From contig JAVZLA010000002.1 in NCBI GenBank assembly GCA_038883995.1, positions 5,261 to 69,260 of the forward strand: a stretch of 64,000 nt of DNA, read 5' to 3'. A program made the translations under genes and the position numbers. Positions within the stretch are counted from its first letter, which is position 1; the number at the start of each line of letters is the position of its first letter. The notes under the pieces are model-generated. The model was not told the origin of the DNA and made no database searches. It worked only from the letters and a program-made list of their open reading frames with translations. Of this stretch, positions 18,569 through 29,347 are shown in pieces. This stretch comes from Thermoprotei archaeon (GTDB lineage: Archaea; Thermoproteota; Thermoprotei_A; Marsarchaeales; Marsarchaeaceae).

Positions 18569-19819
18569 TCATATGAAGCGTTTTTCGAACGGATCCTGCA
18601 AACGCTCGCTTTCAGAGCGGGGTGAGTCGCGTCCGACGTCAAGGATTCCACGCATATGATAGAGCAGACTTATGTCGTATGCTATTTTTATGAGGCCTCC
18701 GGCAACAAATGCCAGCGCCGGAAAAGATAGCTCAAACAGGCTTCCTGTCACAGGTGAACCTGCTATCTGCGAGATACTTCTGACTGACGTGGTGGCGCTT
18801 GCTGCAGCCGCCTTCTTTTCTTTCGAAACAATAAGCATTACCAACGCTTGCCTGGTGGGCACATCCATCTGGGACAGTGTCTGTCTGAGCCAGTACAAGG
18901 CTGTTGCTAACGCAAGGGAGCCCGAGAACGGTATCGCCAGGAGAATCACGTTGGATGGTAGATGCGAGTAAACCATCGTTTTGACAAGGCCTATTCTCTT
19001 AGCTATTAAGGGGGCGATCAAAAGGGACAGGGAGGAAACGGTGCTTGCTGCGAAAAATATTAGTCCTACTTCTCCCACTCCTATCTTAAATGTTGTTTGA
19101 AACCAGTATGACAGCCAGCTTGGAGCTACCAAGCTACCGGCGAATGCATCTACACCAAAAAGGCCTGTTAACGTGATCAAACGCTTCTCATGAGACAGGG
19201 TTCGAAACACGCCCGTGGGTTTTTCAAGGGCGGCTGTCAGCCGTCCCACGTCGAAGAAGGAATAGAGCACGAGCACCGCCAGTCCCGTGGCACAGTAGAA
19301 AAGAAGCACCGCCATTTGAGCCGAAGCTTCCGGTAAAAGGAAACCCGCAAGCGACACCAGGCCCGCTCCAACGGCGGAACCCGCGTATCCTGTGGCATTG
19401 TACACTGACAGCGCAGCTGTTACTCTTTTTTCGCCGGCGTATTCCGACGCTATGACCTGGTCCAGCGCCTGGAACACGCCTGATTCCGTCTGGGTTACGC
19501 TGATGAGCCCTGTAAACGACGCAACCAGGAACAATAAGAAGTTGTGCGCTAAAAGAAGTAGCAGGCCCGAGAACACTATGAGCAAGGGGAGTAATCTGAC
19601 GGCTCTGCTAAAGCCCAAGGCTCCCAGAATGGTGGGAAGAGCCAGGGTGACAGCCAGTCCCCCAGCTGTTGCCGCGGAGAACACCACTCCTACCTGAAGG
19701 GTTGAAAGACCTTTCAACACAAGATATGAGGCCAAAACTATGGCCACACCGGAGTATGATGTTGTGCGGACCAGCTTGGCCACGTAAAGTAGCTTCAGGT
19801 CTCTTACATGCTCCCACAT
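18569..19819 (-). CDS. MFS transporter
   Basis: About 12 hydrophobic segments across 416 aa. Confidence 0.7.
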   Translation of the reverse strand: MWEHVRDLKLLYVAKLVRTTSYSGVAIVLASYLVLKGLSTLQVGVVFSAATAGGLAVTLALPTILGALGFSRAVRLLPLLIVFSGLLLLLAHNFLLFLVASFTGLISVTQTESGVFQALDQVIASEYAGEKRVTAALSVYNATGYAGSAVGAGLVSLAGFLLPEASAQMAVLLFYCATGLAVLVLYSFFDVGRLTAALEKPTGVFRTLSHEKRLITLTGLFGVDAFAGSLVAPSWLSYWFQTTFKIGVGEVGLIFFAASTVSSLSLLIAPLIAKRIGLVKTMVYSHLPSNVILLAIPFSGSLALATALYWLRQTLSQMDVPTRQALVMLIVSKEKKAAAASATTSVRSISQIAGSPVTGSLFELSFPALAFVAGGLIKIAYDISLLYHMRGILDVGRDSPRSESERLQDPFEKRFI

Positions 19820-19844
19820 GCTGCACCAGCTCTTCGTTCAAACA

Positions 19845-21116
19845 TCAGAATCGACTGTGGGTTCCGGTCTCACGGCGTATCGGACCAACTTTGCTTTGCA
19901 AACTGCTGATGTCTTCTAATCGAAGTAAGCCGTCGAAATAGGAGTAAGTGGCGAGGACACTTTTTTCTAAGATCTGGTCTGTTAAAGCACCGTAATCGTA
20001 TTTGGTCCATGCTTCGGTTACCTCATCCAGCGGTGTTCTCACCTGAGGTCTACTGGACAGAATGGAGCAGCAGTCCCTGTATTCAGAGGGTTTAACCCAC
20101 TTCAGTTCATATAGCTGTGCCAGCGAAAGAATCTGGGCTTTGCTATACGTAAGAAGAGGTCTCAGTACAGGATAGCGTGAACCATAGTCGACGCAGGCTA
20201 TATTGTCTAAGGTTTGAGAGGCCACCTGCCCTATGCTGTCTCCAAAGGAAACCGCTTTGGCTCCAACGATTGTGCAAAGTCTTTCGGCTACGGCACGCAT
20301 GAACCTTCTGAAGAACACAGGCTCCAAATGGTCCACTTTCCCCAAACTGTAAACTTGGTACACTGAAAACGGAACCAATACCGCGCGCACAGTTCCCTCA
20401 AAACGTGAGAGTGACTCTAAGACCGGTTTGATGTTTTCAGCTACATATCCCTCAGGTTCAGGCGCTGAGTAAAAGTGGATGTAAAGAGGCTTACACCCTC
20501 TCCCCATGAGTAGAACAGCCGATAGACATGAGTCCACGCCACCAGAGAGCAGATGGATCACGCGGCCGCTTACACCCACAGGAAGACCCTGAAGCCCCCT
20601 CATTTTGGAAGTGTAGACCAGGAATTTGCCTTTAAGGACGTCCACGTACACCCTGACGGAGGGTGCATCAAGGTTGACGGAAAGACCGGTTAAGGAAACA
20701 CAATCCTCTCCTAACTTTCGAGCAAACTCAACCGAATTCATGGGCCCCGATTTTTCCGCTCTCCTTACGACCAGCGCGAAACTTTGTCCTCCGGTCTTTG
20801 CGTGTTCCACAAGTATCCCTGAAACAACCCTGAGAAGCGCACTATAGTCCGATTCTATAATTTCAGCGGGCGCATACCATGCTATTCCGAAGACCCTACT
20901 AAGAATGCTTACCGTTTTATCGACATCTTCCCGACTACACTCAACTATAAGGCGTCCCTGAAGCTTGGTTACTCTCGCCTCGACGTATGGTCTGCACATC
21001 TCGGAGATACTATGACCCAGCGAATCCACAAAGAAGCTGCGATTAGAGCCCTTCGTGGCTATTTCGCCGTAATGAACAACTATGTATGCCAAGGTGGACG
21101 CTGTCCCAGTATTCAT
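19845..21116 (-). CDS. thiI: tRNA 4-thiouridine synthase ThiI (THUMP + PP-loop, no rhodanese domain)
   Basis: HYGEIATKGSNRSFF (ThiI N-terminus/THUMP) and the PP-loop LLSGGVDS. Confidence 0.85.
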   Translation of the reverse strand: MNTGTASTLAYIVVHYGEIATKGSNRSFFVDSLGHSISEMCRPYVEARVTKLQGRLIVECSREDVDKTVSILSRVFGIAWYAPAEIIESDYSALLRVVSGILVEHAKTGGQSFALVVRRAEKSGPMNSVEFARKLGEDCVSLTGLSVNLDAPSVRVYVDVLKGKFLVYTSKMRGLQGLPVGVSGRVIHLLSGGVDSCLSAVLLMGRGCKPLYIHFYSAPEPEGYVAENIKPVLESLSRFEGTVRAVLVPFSVYQVYSLGKVDHLEPVFFRRFMRAVAERLCTIVGAKAVSFGDSIGQVASQTLDNIACVDYGSRYPVLRPLLTYSKAQILSLAQLYELKWVKPSEYRDCCSILSSRPQVRTPLDEVTEAWTKYDYGALTDQILEKSVLATYSYFDGLLRLEDISSLQSKVGPIRRETGTHSRF

Positions 21117-21159
21117 GCACAGTCGGGATGCACTTTAACCCTCGCCCCCTTACAGGCTT

Positions 21160-21840
21160 ATGAATGGGGAAGAGCAGAGTCTGACTATGAACAGGCTGGC
21201 AGTCGTCGTTCTTGCAGCAGGCTCCTCAAGGAGGATGGGTGATTTCAAACTCCTGAAGAAAATAGGAGACTCGACTGTGCTTGAAATGACGCTGAGAGCC
21301 GCCAGTAGTCTTGATGCTTACCCGAAGGTTGTTGTTCTTGGCCATCGGTTCAACGAAGTCGACTCTCAAATTCATTCGAAGGAATGGATTAAGGTCTTCA
21401 ATCCCGATTATATGAATGGAATTTCAACGTCTCTGAAGGCGGGGTTCCGGGCCCTTCCGGCGGAGACTGATGCAGTTATGGTGGCGCTCGCGGACCAGCC
21501 TCTCGTGGAGGTTTCAACGCTTCATACACTCGTAGAACGCCATTTCGAAGCCAACGCTCTCGCAACCATACCCGTCTACAAGTCGCGTAGAGGAAACCCC
21601 GTAATCTTATCCTACGCGTTGAAAACCAGGATTCTCACATTGGAGGGAGATGTGGGTGCGCGTAAAATACTGGAACAGGAATCAGACAAAGTTCAGCTGG
21701 TCAAAGTGGAGGACCCGGGAGTAGTAATGGACTTGGATACCCCCGAGGATTTCAGCAGAGCCCTGCAGTTACTCGAAAGCCGCAAACAACTTAAATGGTC
21801 TGGCGACTCTTGTAGAAGCCCAGGAGACCAGTCGCCGTGA
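21160..21840 (+). CDS. MobA/MocA-like molybdenum cofactor nucleotidyltransferase
   Basis: VVVLAAGSSRRMG...LADQPLV motifs of MobA-like NTP transferases. Its stop overlaps the moaC start. Confidence 0.75.
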   Translation: MNGEEQSLTMNRLAVVVLAAGSSRRMGDFKLLKKIGDSTVLEMTLRAASSLDAYPKVVVLGHRFNEVDSQIHSKEWIKVFNPDYMNGISTSLKAGFRALPAETDAVMVALADQPLVEVSTLHTLVERHFEANALATIPVYKSRRGNPVILSYALKTRILTLEGDVGARKILEQESDKVQLVKVEDPGVVMDLDTPEDFSRALQLLESRKQLKWSGDSCRSPGDQSP

Positions 21841-22280
21841 AAATGGTGGATGTATCGTCGAAGCCAGTCAGCTCAAGATCTGCTGTTGCATGTGGCTGGA
21901 TAAAACTAAAGCGGGAAACGATCCGACTGATACAGGCCCGGAAAGTCGAGAAGGGGGACCCTCTGGAGGCAGCGAAACTCGCGGGAATAATGGCTGCTAA
22001 GAACACTTGGAACACCCTCCCATTGTGTCACCAGATACCTCTCAAGTCGGTTGCCGTCGACGTGCAACTTACTTCGGGAAAAGTTGTTGTGACCTGTCGG
22101 GTTAAGGCTGACTACGTAACCGGGGTGGAAATGGAGGCAATCCACGCCACCATGGTCGCCCTTCTCACTGTATGGGATATGACAAAGCAGTACGAAAAGA
22201 ACGAAGCAGGGGAATATCCTTCCACGGAAATCGGAGGCGTCCGTGTACTTTCAAAGACAAAGACATCTATGGGTGACTAA
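21837..22280 (+). CDS. moaC: cyclic pyranopterin monophosphate synthase MoaC
   Basis: MVDVSSKPVSSRSAVA...KGDPLEAAKLAGIMAAKNTWNTLPLCHQIPL is the MoaC signature. Confidence 0.9.
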   Translation: MKMVDVSSKPVSSRSAVACGWIKLKRETIRLIQARKVEKGDPLEAAKLAGIMAAKNTWNTLPLCHQIPLKSVAVDVQLTSGKVVVTCRVKADYVTGVEMEAIHATMVALLTVWDMTKQYEKNEAGEYPSTEIGGVRVLSKTKTSMGD

Positions 22281-22453
22281 CACTGTCTGCAAAAAAGCAC
22301 GAGGAAAAGGCGGCTCGGGCGTTTCCAAAACTCAGATTTGTCATAGTAACGGTCAGTTCTTCAAGGTACCAAAACAAAAGTAGAGGAGAGCCCTACAAAG
22401 ATGAATCAGGGGACGTAGCGCAGTCTGAAATTACCTCTAAAGGCCACGATGTT

Positions 22454-22813
22454 GTGTGGAGAACTCTTGTAAGCGATGACGTTCTACAAATCAGGTATGC
22501 CGTTCTGAAATCTCTCGTGGAGAAAGACTGCGACGTATGTGTGACCCTAGGCGGGACAGGTATATCTCCAAGAGATGTAACCATCGAAGCGTTGTCCGCT
22601 ATAATCGAGAAGCAGCTCCCTGGATTCGGTGAACTCTTTAGAGCTGAAAGTATAAAAGAAATAGGCCCCCCTGCTCTGCTTACAAGAGCTATTGCGGGAG
22701 TAACTTCCGGCAGGCTGATAGTTGCCCTGCCTGGTTCACCGGACGCCGCCCTTTACGGAATACGCCTCCTGATCATTCAGGCAGCTCACATCATTTCAAT
22801 AGCCCGCCAGTAA
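22454..22813 (+). CDS. moaB: MoaB/MogA-family molybdenum cofactor biosynthesis protein; the track ORF lacks the conserved N-terminus, which is encoded in frame from 22277
   Basis: LGGTGISPRDVT and ALPGSP motifs. The upstream in-frame sequence KLRFVIVTVSSSRY...DESGDVAQSEITSKGHDVV matches the MoaB N-terminal strand and helix, but contains no ATG, GTG or TTG. Confidence 0.7.
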   Translation: MWRTLVSDDVLQIRYAVLKSLVEKDCDVCVTLGGTGISPRDVTIEALSAIIEKQLPGFGELFRAESIKEIGPPALLTRAIAGVTSGRLIVALPGSPDAALYGIRLLIIQAAHIISIARQ

Positions 22814-22872
22814 AGCCTGGTGAGTCGGCGACCAATCGGTGCACTTGCCTGTCGCTATGACATTTGCATGAA

Positions 22873-23562
22873 TCAGCGTTGATGCGCCTTCAAATTTTTC
22901 TTTGAGACGGATATTAGCCTCGTAAGAGCGTTCATGGTGGGCGCAATCTGGCCGCGTTCAACGACCAGCATCGTTTCCTGACCGCAGCTTATTGTGTCTT
23001 CGATATTTATCCCTCGTCTGGCGACCTCATTGTATATCATTATGATGCAGCCGGGCGTATTCGCAATCTCCGCGGGGCTATGAACGGACACCACCGAGCA
23101 TTCCTTAGGGTGGCCACCGCTTTGCTGCAGGAGAGGAGCCATCACACTCTTAGATTCTTCATCATAGAGCAGGGTAATGGAGTCCGAGCCGAGTACTATT
23201 TCATGGAATCCTCGAAGACCGTTCTCCAAAGCCTTTCCCAAAGCTTCGATAGAAGACGGAGTCCTATTGAACACAATTTTCGATATGTCAGCCCTGACTG
23301 CAATCGTGCTGCCCGCTATCACTTTAAGCGCCTTCAAGCCCAAAGTATGAGCGAGTTTAAGCCGTTTAAGCGTAGTAACAAGGCTGCTCAGCCGTACAGG
23401 GGAACCAACAAGCTCCTGCACCCCAGGTTTAATTATCCTAGCCACCGCCGCCAGATTCGCGTACTTTCTGTTTATAGAGTCTTGGATTGGGAGATCCACC
23501 GTGATTATCTCTCTGACAGCGTTTGCCAAAGTCATACGTCTAACAGTACGCCTTTTAACCAA
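22873..23562 (-). CDS. hypothetical protein, possible ACT-domain regulator
   Basis: The C-terminal segment VVSVHSPAEIANTPGCIIMIYNEVARRGINIEDTISCGQETMLVV resembles an ACT fold. The N-terminal half has no recognised motif. Confidence 0.35.
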   Translation of the reverse strand: MVKRRTVRRMTLANAVREIITVDLPIQDSINRKYANLAAVARIIKPGVQELVGSPVRLSSLVTTLKRLKLAHTLGLKALKVIAGSTIAVRADISKIVFNRTPSSIEALGKALENGLRGFHEIVLGSDSITLLYDEESKSVMAPLLQQSGGHPKECSVVSVHSPAEIANTPGCIIMIYNEVARRGINIEDTISCGQETMLVVERGQIAPTMNALTRLISVSKKNLKAHQR

Positions 23563-23681
23563 TTAACCAACGGGAGACCATCTTGCGAACAGAATTAAGC
23601 TTTCTTACTCGCTACGCATCGGCTATCTGGTCGTCTTACGTTCCATCGATATTCCCTTATTCGGGTTAACCCATTCATTCT

Positions 23682-23701
23682 GATTTCGAAGCGTCGAAAT
23701 C
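23682..23701. promoter_or_regulatory. perfect 8-bp inverted repeat GATTTCGA-AGCG-TCGAAATC in a divergent intergenic region
   Basis: Read directly from the sequence. It lies between divergent genes 22873..23562 (-) and 23838..25925 (+) and is flanked by GGGTTAACCC (23663..23672) and GTTAACC (23713..23719). Confidence 0.3.
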
Positions 23702-23837
23702 GGAAGCCACGTGTTAACCTGTTATAGGATGTTCCCGCCTGATGCGCGGAATTCTGATAGTTTACGCCTATGATACGCTTAAGTTTCTATCGCGCCACAT
23801 ATTAACGGACTCGATTGGATAGGGCGAGGGTTGAATA

Positions 23838-25925
23838 ATGGGTGTAAACAGCGGAACAGGCGGGAGGAAACCAAACAGGCTGATAAACGAAACAAGCCCC
23901 TACCTTCTTCAGCACGCGTTCAATCCCGTAGACTGGTTCCCCTGGGGTCAGGAAGCGTTCGACAAAGCGAAAAGAGAAGACAAGCCTGTTTTCCTTTCTA
24001 TAGGTTACTCGAGCTGCCACTGGTGTCATGTAATGGAAAGGGAATGCTTCGAAGACCCTGAAGTAGCAGAGCTGCTCAACGATGCCTTTGTATGTATAAA
24101 AGTTGACAGAGAAGAAAGACCGGATGTTGACAGAATGTACATGGCTTTCTGCCAGGCCACCACAGGCGGAGGTGGATGGCCGCTTACAGAGTTTCTCACA
24201 CCAGACGGAAAACCGTTCTACGCCGCCACGTATATTCCTAAATACAGTACCTCTCAGACTGTCGGCCTGATGGATCTTGTTCCGGCAGTTCAAAAAGCGT
24301 GGAAAGAAACCAGAGAGCAGATACTGCGTGGCGCTGGCGAAGCGGTCGCGGAGCTTATGCGCGCTAGAGCCCCGTACTCTGCAATCAACCCTGATTCAAT
24401 CTTTCAGCACGCCTTTAACAGGCTTGCAGCCGAGTTTGATCCGGAGTGGGGCGGGTTCGGCTACGCGCCAAAGTTCCCTGTTCCCCACAGGCTGATGTAT
24501 CTTTTGAGATACGGGAGACGCTCGGGCAACGGGGCCGCCAACCAGATTGTTGAACTAACGTTGGCCAAAATGGTGATGGGAGGCATCCACGATCAGATTG
24601 GTCACGGATTTCACCGATATTCTACTGACAGAAACTGGCTTGTTCCACACTTCGAGAAGATGGTCTACGACCAAGCTCTAATGGTTTCAGCGCTATGCGA
24701 AGCATATCAGTCATCAGGGATTAAGGGGTTCGCGTGGTGTGCATCCGAAACGGCTTCTTTCGTCTTAAGCGATATGACTGCCCCGGGGGGCGGGTTCTTC
24801 TCCGCGATGGATGCCGATTCTCCCGAAGGGGAAGGGTCATTCTACCTGTTGACCGATCAGGAACTGCGTTCTGTGCTCACCGACTCTGAACTTCAGGAGT
24901 TCCGAAAGTGGATGATATTAGAGTCAGTGGAACCTGGAGGCACCGGCACTGTGACAGAGCCACGTAAAATTGTTACCATGTCACAAAACCTTTGGGAATA
25001 CCTTAAACAGAACGATGCACCACCTGCAACCCTGAGCCAGGCGCTCACGAAGCTACGAGAAGCACGTTACACGAGGCCTAAGCCGGCGCTGGATGAGAAA
25101 ATACTTTGCGACGTGAACGGCCTGACAATAGCGGCGATGTCGATGGCTTCCAGAGTACTAGACGATGACAGGTTCCTTCATGCAGCGACCAAGAGCGCGG
25201 AATTCGTGTACCATAATATGGTTCGTTCAGGCACCCTGTTTCATTCATACACGAAAGGCAAGCTATCTGTAGAAGGGTTTGTGGACGACTACGCGTTTTA
25301 CTCTTACGGACTGTTCCAACTGTATCAGTCGACGTTTCAAACCCGATATCTTAAGCTGGCGGTTGAGTTCGCTGAAGAAATGATTTCACGCTTCTGGAGC
25401 AGTGAAAGAAACCTGTTCTGCGACGGAGGCCCTAAAGAAGTTTCTGCAAACTTCGCGGAACCGGAAACCTATGATGGCTCCGTCCCCTCGGGAAACTCTG
25501 TTGCGGCGTACACGTTGAGCAAACTGTTCAAGGCCACGGGCAACTCACGTTATGATGACTTTTCGCGGGCGGTGCTCAAGTCTTTTGGACACGTGTTTGA
25601 GAACTCTCCTGAGGCGGCATGCTTTGCTCTGTGCGCCCTCGATGAGATTGAATCGGTTTCAAGAGAAATAGCGTTAGCAGGAGCCAGAACCGACCCACGT
25701 GTCCGCAGAATGGTGCAGGCGGCAAGGAAGGGCTTTCATCCGGGCGACGTGATCCTAGTGGTCCCCGAATACGGCGACGAACGCTCAGAACTCGTAAATC
25801 TCGCCCCCTACACTTCTTCGATGACTTCTGAACAGGGTGCGCCAAGAGCCTATGTTTGCCAAAACCATTCGTGCAATTTCCCTGTAACTGACTTAGATGA
25901 TCTTGAACGATTGCTCAGCCATTAA
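23838..25925 (+). CDS. thioredoxin-domain protein of the YyaL/SSP411 (DUF255) family with a GH-like alpha/alpha toroid
   Basis: [57 protein letters not shown] is the hallmark N-terminus of this family. Confidence 0.85.
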   Translation: MGVNSGTGGRKPNRLINETSPYLLQHAFNPVDWFPWGQEAFDKAKREDKPVFLSIGYSSCHWCHVMERECFEDPEVAELLNDAFVCIKVDREERPDVDRMYMAFCQATTGGGGWPLTEFLTPDGKPFYAATYIPKYSTSQTVGLMDLVPAVQKAWKETREQILRGAGEAVAELMRARAPYSAINPDSIFQHAFNRLAAEFDPEWGGFGYAPKFPVPHRLMYLLRYGRRSGNGAANQIVELTLAKMVMGGIHDQIGHGFHRYSTDRNWLVPHFEKMVYDQALMVSALCEAYQSSGIKGFAWCASETASFVLSDMTAPGGGFFSAMDADSPEGEGSFYLLTDQELRSVLTDSELQEFRKWMILESVEPGGTGTVTEPRKIVTMSQNLWEYLKQNDAPPATLSQALTKLREARYTRPKPALDEKILCDVNGLTIAAMSMASRVLDDDRFLHAATKSAEFVYHNMVRSGTLFHSYTKGKLSVEGFVDDYAFYSYGLFQLYQSTFQTRYLKLAVEFAEEMISRFWSSERNLFCDGGPKEVSANFAEPETYDGSVPSGNSVAAYTLSKLFKATGNSRYDDFSRAVLKSFGHVFENSPEAACFALCALDEIESVSREIALAGARTDPRVRRMVQAARKGFHPGDVILVVPEYGDERSELVNLAPYTSSMTSEQGAPRAYVCQNHSCNFPVTDLDDLERLLSH

Positions 25926-26703
25926 GTTCTTTCCGCGCGTATACTGCATATGCCACTGCCATTGAGAAAAACAGGTAGCCCAACATTATGTACACTGACT
26001 CAAAGACGTAAGGCTGGTAGACGTACACTTTTCTCCCTAGTTCACTGGTTACCGTAACATGAGCAGGGTAACTTTGCAGAGCTAGGTTCGAAACAGCCGA
26101 AGAAGCATAGGTTATCAGAAACCATGGTTCTACATGGGACAGAAACATCAACACGCCTTGAACAAGGGGCATGGCCACAACTACGATCAGAATTGACACT
26201 ATTATCGAAAGACCCTGGCTTCTGAACATGGAGCTGAACATGATTATGAACATGGTCAAAGAGGCTCCGAAAAGAAATGTGAGACCCAGTATCTGGGGAA
26301 GAGTGGAAACAGTTGTGTGATAGAGGACATAGCTAAAGGCGACACCTATTACAAACGTTGAGACCATAATGGCCGAAACCGCCAGAAACGCTGATGTGAA
26401 TCTGGTTAGCATTATCTTCAGTCTGTGAACGGGTTGTGTCAACGTAAAGTATCCCTGTTGTGAGTAGTCTTGGGAAATCGCGTCTCCGGCCATAACTGCC
26501 GCTACTAATAGCACGTCGTCTGTTACTCCTCCAAGGGTCTGTGCAGTAAAAGCATTCACAGTTTGAGGCTGAGGAATAGTATTGGTGTACATTAGTAGAG
26601 GCGTCAGAAGACTGATGAACACATAGAGAGGTAGCATTACGAGGAATCTTCGCGTTCTGAAGTAGAACTTCAGATAGGTTTCAAGGAGGAGCCTCCAGCT
26701 CAT
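25915..26703 (-). CDS. ABC-2 type transporter permease
   Basis: Six TM segments. It overlaps the upstream ABC ATPase gene by 4 nt. Confidence 0.6.
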   Translation of the reverse strand: MSWRLLLETYLKFYFRTRRFLVMLPLYVFISLLTPLLMYTNTIPQPQTVNAFTAQTLGGVTDDVLLVAAVMAGDAISQDYSQQGYFTLTQPVHRLKIMLTRFTSAFLAVSAIMVSTFVIGVAFSYVLYHTTVSTLPQILGLTFLFGASLTMFIIMFSSMFRSQGLSIIVSILIVVVAMPLVQGVLMFLSHVEPWFLITYASSAVSNLALQSYPAHVTVTSELGRKVYVYQPYVFESVYIMLGYLFFSMAVAYAVYARKELNG

Positions 26704-27572
26704 CCAATCACCTTTCTGTAGGCTTCTTCGAGGCCTAGCTCCGCATCTCCGAAGCTGCGGAGGCCAAGAGGATACAGTCTGTCCAATATTCTTCTTCTTT
26801 CCTGATCGGATCCGTCAAAGTATACCAGGTAAGTTGAGCCATTCTCTTTACGCATATCTAACCCAAGTTCCTTAAGGTCGACTTCGCCGAAGAATTCAAC
26901 TCTAAGAACTTTAGAAGTGTAACGCAACTGTATCTCTGAAAGCGTCCCCTGATCTGTAAGGCGGCCGTTGTATAGGAAGTAAACGTAGTCACAGACCTGG
27001 GAAACCTCATAAAGCAAATGTGACGAAAGAAGTATTATTTTATCGCCTTTTGCATCGCGTAAGAAATCTCTGATTACAATCGATTCCTTTGGATCAAGCC
27101 CGCTCGTAGGCTCGTCCAGAATCAGGATTTCTGATTCCTGTGCCGCCAGAGCCGCGAGATACACACGGCGCTTCTGGCCCTTCGAAAGCTTCGACACAGA
27201 CTTGTCCAAGTCTGGAAGATCCAGCCGGTCTTTGAGGTCTCCCAAATCAGGTTGCCCAACTCCTCTGATTTTGGCTGCGAATGAGACGAACTCGCGCACA
27301 GTCATAAAGTCGTATGGAAGAGGATCCTCGACAAGAGAGGAAACATTTTTGAGCGCATCCAGCGGTCTCCTGTTCACGTTTATGCCGTTTACAATTGCAG
27401 CACCCGAAGTCGGATGCAATAGGTTAGTGAACAGCTTCATGGTCGTTGTTTTACCCGCTCCGTTGGGTCCCAGATAGCCGTAACACCCATTCTTTTTGAT
27501 CGAAAACGATACATCTGAAAGAGCAGTAAAGTTCCCGTATCGCTTCGTCAGGCCCTGGGCCGTGAGCTCCAT
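26700..27572 (-). CDS. ABC transporter ATP-binding protein (ABC-2/DrrA-like exporter)
   Basis: Walker A GPNGAGKTT, signature LSKGQKRR, Walker B ILILDEPTSGLD, H-loop LSSH. Confidence 0.85.
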   Translation of the reverse strand: MELTAQGLTKRYGNFTALSDVSFSIKKNGCYGYLGPNGAGKTTTMKLFTNLLHPTSGAAIVNGINVNRRPLDALKNVSSLVEDPLPYDFMTVREFVSFAAKIRGVGQPDLGDLKDRLDLPDLDKSVSKLSKGQKRRVYLAALAAQESEILILDEPTSGLDPKESIVIRDFLRDAKGDKIILLSSHLLYEVSQVCDYVYFLYNGRLTDQGTLSEIQLRYTSKVLRVEFFGEVDLKELGLDMRKENGSTYLVYFDGSDQERRRILDRLYPLGLRSFGDAELGLEEAYRKVIG

Positions 27573-27820
27573 AAAAAACCTCCTTCAGCTCAGAAAATAA
27601 GAGTTGCGTGAAAAGAGCCCTCCGACGAAGACCCCCAAGCAATCACGCTTTCTGTTGCATGCAAACAGGTCCTCGAAGCCAAACAGTCTAATCGTCCTAG
27701 TATTCGCGCACAGGAAGCGTTTTGACCCAGTTGACAGTGAACCCTGCTTTTTGGCCTGTATTCCGGAAGATGGGTTGACGTCTTAGCGGTAACGTGTCAA
27801 GCATGCCCGTTGCAGGGCAT

Positions 27821-29056
27821 CTACGATACCGAAGTATCCAGAAGCTTGGTTGCGGGATTAATTTTTTTCGCGGGCCATATTTTCGCTTTGTTCAGTGCTG
27901 AATTGTCGCCGACAGAGACGTTGTTGCCTATCACACTGTCTTCTATAACACACTTCTGACCGATGATCGTGTGTCTACCGACGATGCTTCTTTTGATGAT
28001 GGTGCCTTTCCCAATCAGGCAGCGGTCCATTATAACGCTGTTCGACACGGAGGAACCCTTCTGCAGGATGGTATAGTTGTCTATGACGGAAGAGTCGATT
28101 TCTACTTCGGGCTCTAATGCTATGTGACGTCCAAGAAGAATGTCCCCTGTAAACTTGTACGCTCCCCTTTGAGCTCTATCTATAAGCTGCTTTTGCAGTT
28201 GAGCCGACTTGTCGCTTCTACCTTGAAATCTGACGCCCTCGAATTTTCCTGTGATACCAAGTTCATTGGCGTCCAAGCGTCTGAGAAGGCTAAACACAGC
28301 TTTAAGGTATCCTTCAGGAGTACCCAAATCGAACCAGAACCCTTTCAGGGGAAAGCCAACTATCCTGTACCCTTGGCTCACTAGAGATGGAATAACATCT
28401 TTGCCGAAGTCCATTCTGCGTTCCTGCTGCAGCTTCATACCTTCTGGACTTTCAAAGAAGTCGCGAAGTCCTTGGGAGAACAGGTAAATTCCTGTGTTTA
28501 CCTGTCTCGAAGGAGGATTCATACCCGATGGCTTTTCAACGAATCCGCGTAAAACGTTCCCTTCACCGACCTCTGCGACGCCAAATCTGCTTATGTCTTC
28601 ATCTGGTTCGAGTTCTTTGAGAGCGATCGTCATGAACGATTTGCTGGCTTGATGATGCTGCCACATATGAAACACGTCGAGATCAAAGATGAGGTCTCCC
28701 TGGACCACGAGGAACGGCTCGTCGAATCCATAGTAGTCCATGATTGTCTTAACAGAGTCTGCACTTCCTACACTTTCAACATTAGGCTGGTAGCGCACCC
28801 TGATCAGGTCAGGTGGAATGCCGAGCCTCGCGGCTATGCGGCCTCCTCCACCCAAGTAGTCGTACACTGACACATAGTTCGTGTAACCACTGAGGCCCAT
28901 GTAGAATTCTGTGAGGCCCTGTGACGCCATCTTAGTGAGCATAAGTTCTATGAGAGGCCTGTTAAGCACTCTAACCATTGCCTTAGAGGTGTCCACGGTT
29001 AGAGGATACAACCTAGTACCCATTCCTCCTAAAGGTATTACGACCTTCCTGAACAA
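27821..29056 (-). CDS. sugar-1-phosphate nucleotidyltransferase with a C-terminal left-handed beta-helix domain
   Basis: N-terminal PLGGMGTRLYPLT (G-x-G-T-R-L) and C-terminal hexapeptide repeats (IGKGTIIKRSIVGRHTIIGQKCVIEDSVIGNNVSVG). Confidence 0.8.
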   Translation of the reverse strand: MFRKVVIPLGGMGTRLYPLTVDTSKAMVRVLNRPLIELMLTKMASQGLTEFYMGLSGYTNYVSVYDYLGGGGRIAARLGIPPDLIRVRYQPNVESVGSADSVKTIMDYYGFDEPFLVVQGDLIFDLDVFHMWQHHQASKSFMTIALKELEPDEDISRFGVAEVGEGNVLRGFVEKPSGMNPPSRQVNTGIYLFSQGLRDFFESPEGMKLQQERRMDFGKDVIPSLVSQGYRIVGFPLKGFWFDLGTPEGYLKAVFSLLRRLDANELGITGKFEGVRFQGRSDKSAQLQKQLIDRAQRGAYKFTGDILLGRHIALEPEVEIDSSVIDNYTILQKGSSVSNSVIMDRCLIGKGTIIKRSIVGRHTIIGQKCVIEDSVIGNNVSVGDNSALNKAKIWPAKKINPATKLLDTSVS

Positions 29057-29347
29057 GACAAGATGATTTAAGAATACACCCTAATAAATTAGCAGCGTAC
29101 AGCTCTTCTGATCAGACTGGGTCAAAATTATCTGTCGCATGTGATAGCTGGTTCTGTAAAAAGCAAAGGCCGGCTGCCCCAACGGAAGTTACCGTAGCTA
29201 TGTTCAAACAGTTCTGCAGGCAGCTTGTCTCTTTAGGGAAAACATGAGGAGTCAAATCAAAAGCGCCCTTTAGTGGGAAAAGCAGACTCCCTATCCGGCT
29301 GGCTTTCCAGTAAACCAAAAATAGTCCGGTAAACATGTTCATTCGTA

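Noticed and set aside
23802-24293. 163-aa minus-strand ORF overlapping the start of the YyaL-family gene.
   Set aside because: It is antisense to a strongly supported, motif-rich CDS. Its composition (Cys/Arg/Phe-rich) is not protein-like and it has no motif.
29112-29342. 76-aa minus-strand ORF between the nucleotidyltransferase and xdhC.
   Set aside because: It has no motif. It would sit on top of both neighbouring promoters (TATA-like boxes at ~29085-29095 and ~29318-29325). Coding potential is unconvincing, although a small protein cannot be fully excluded.
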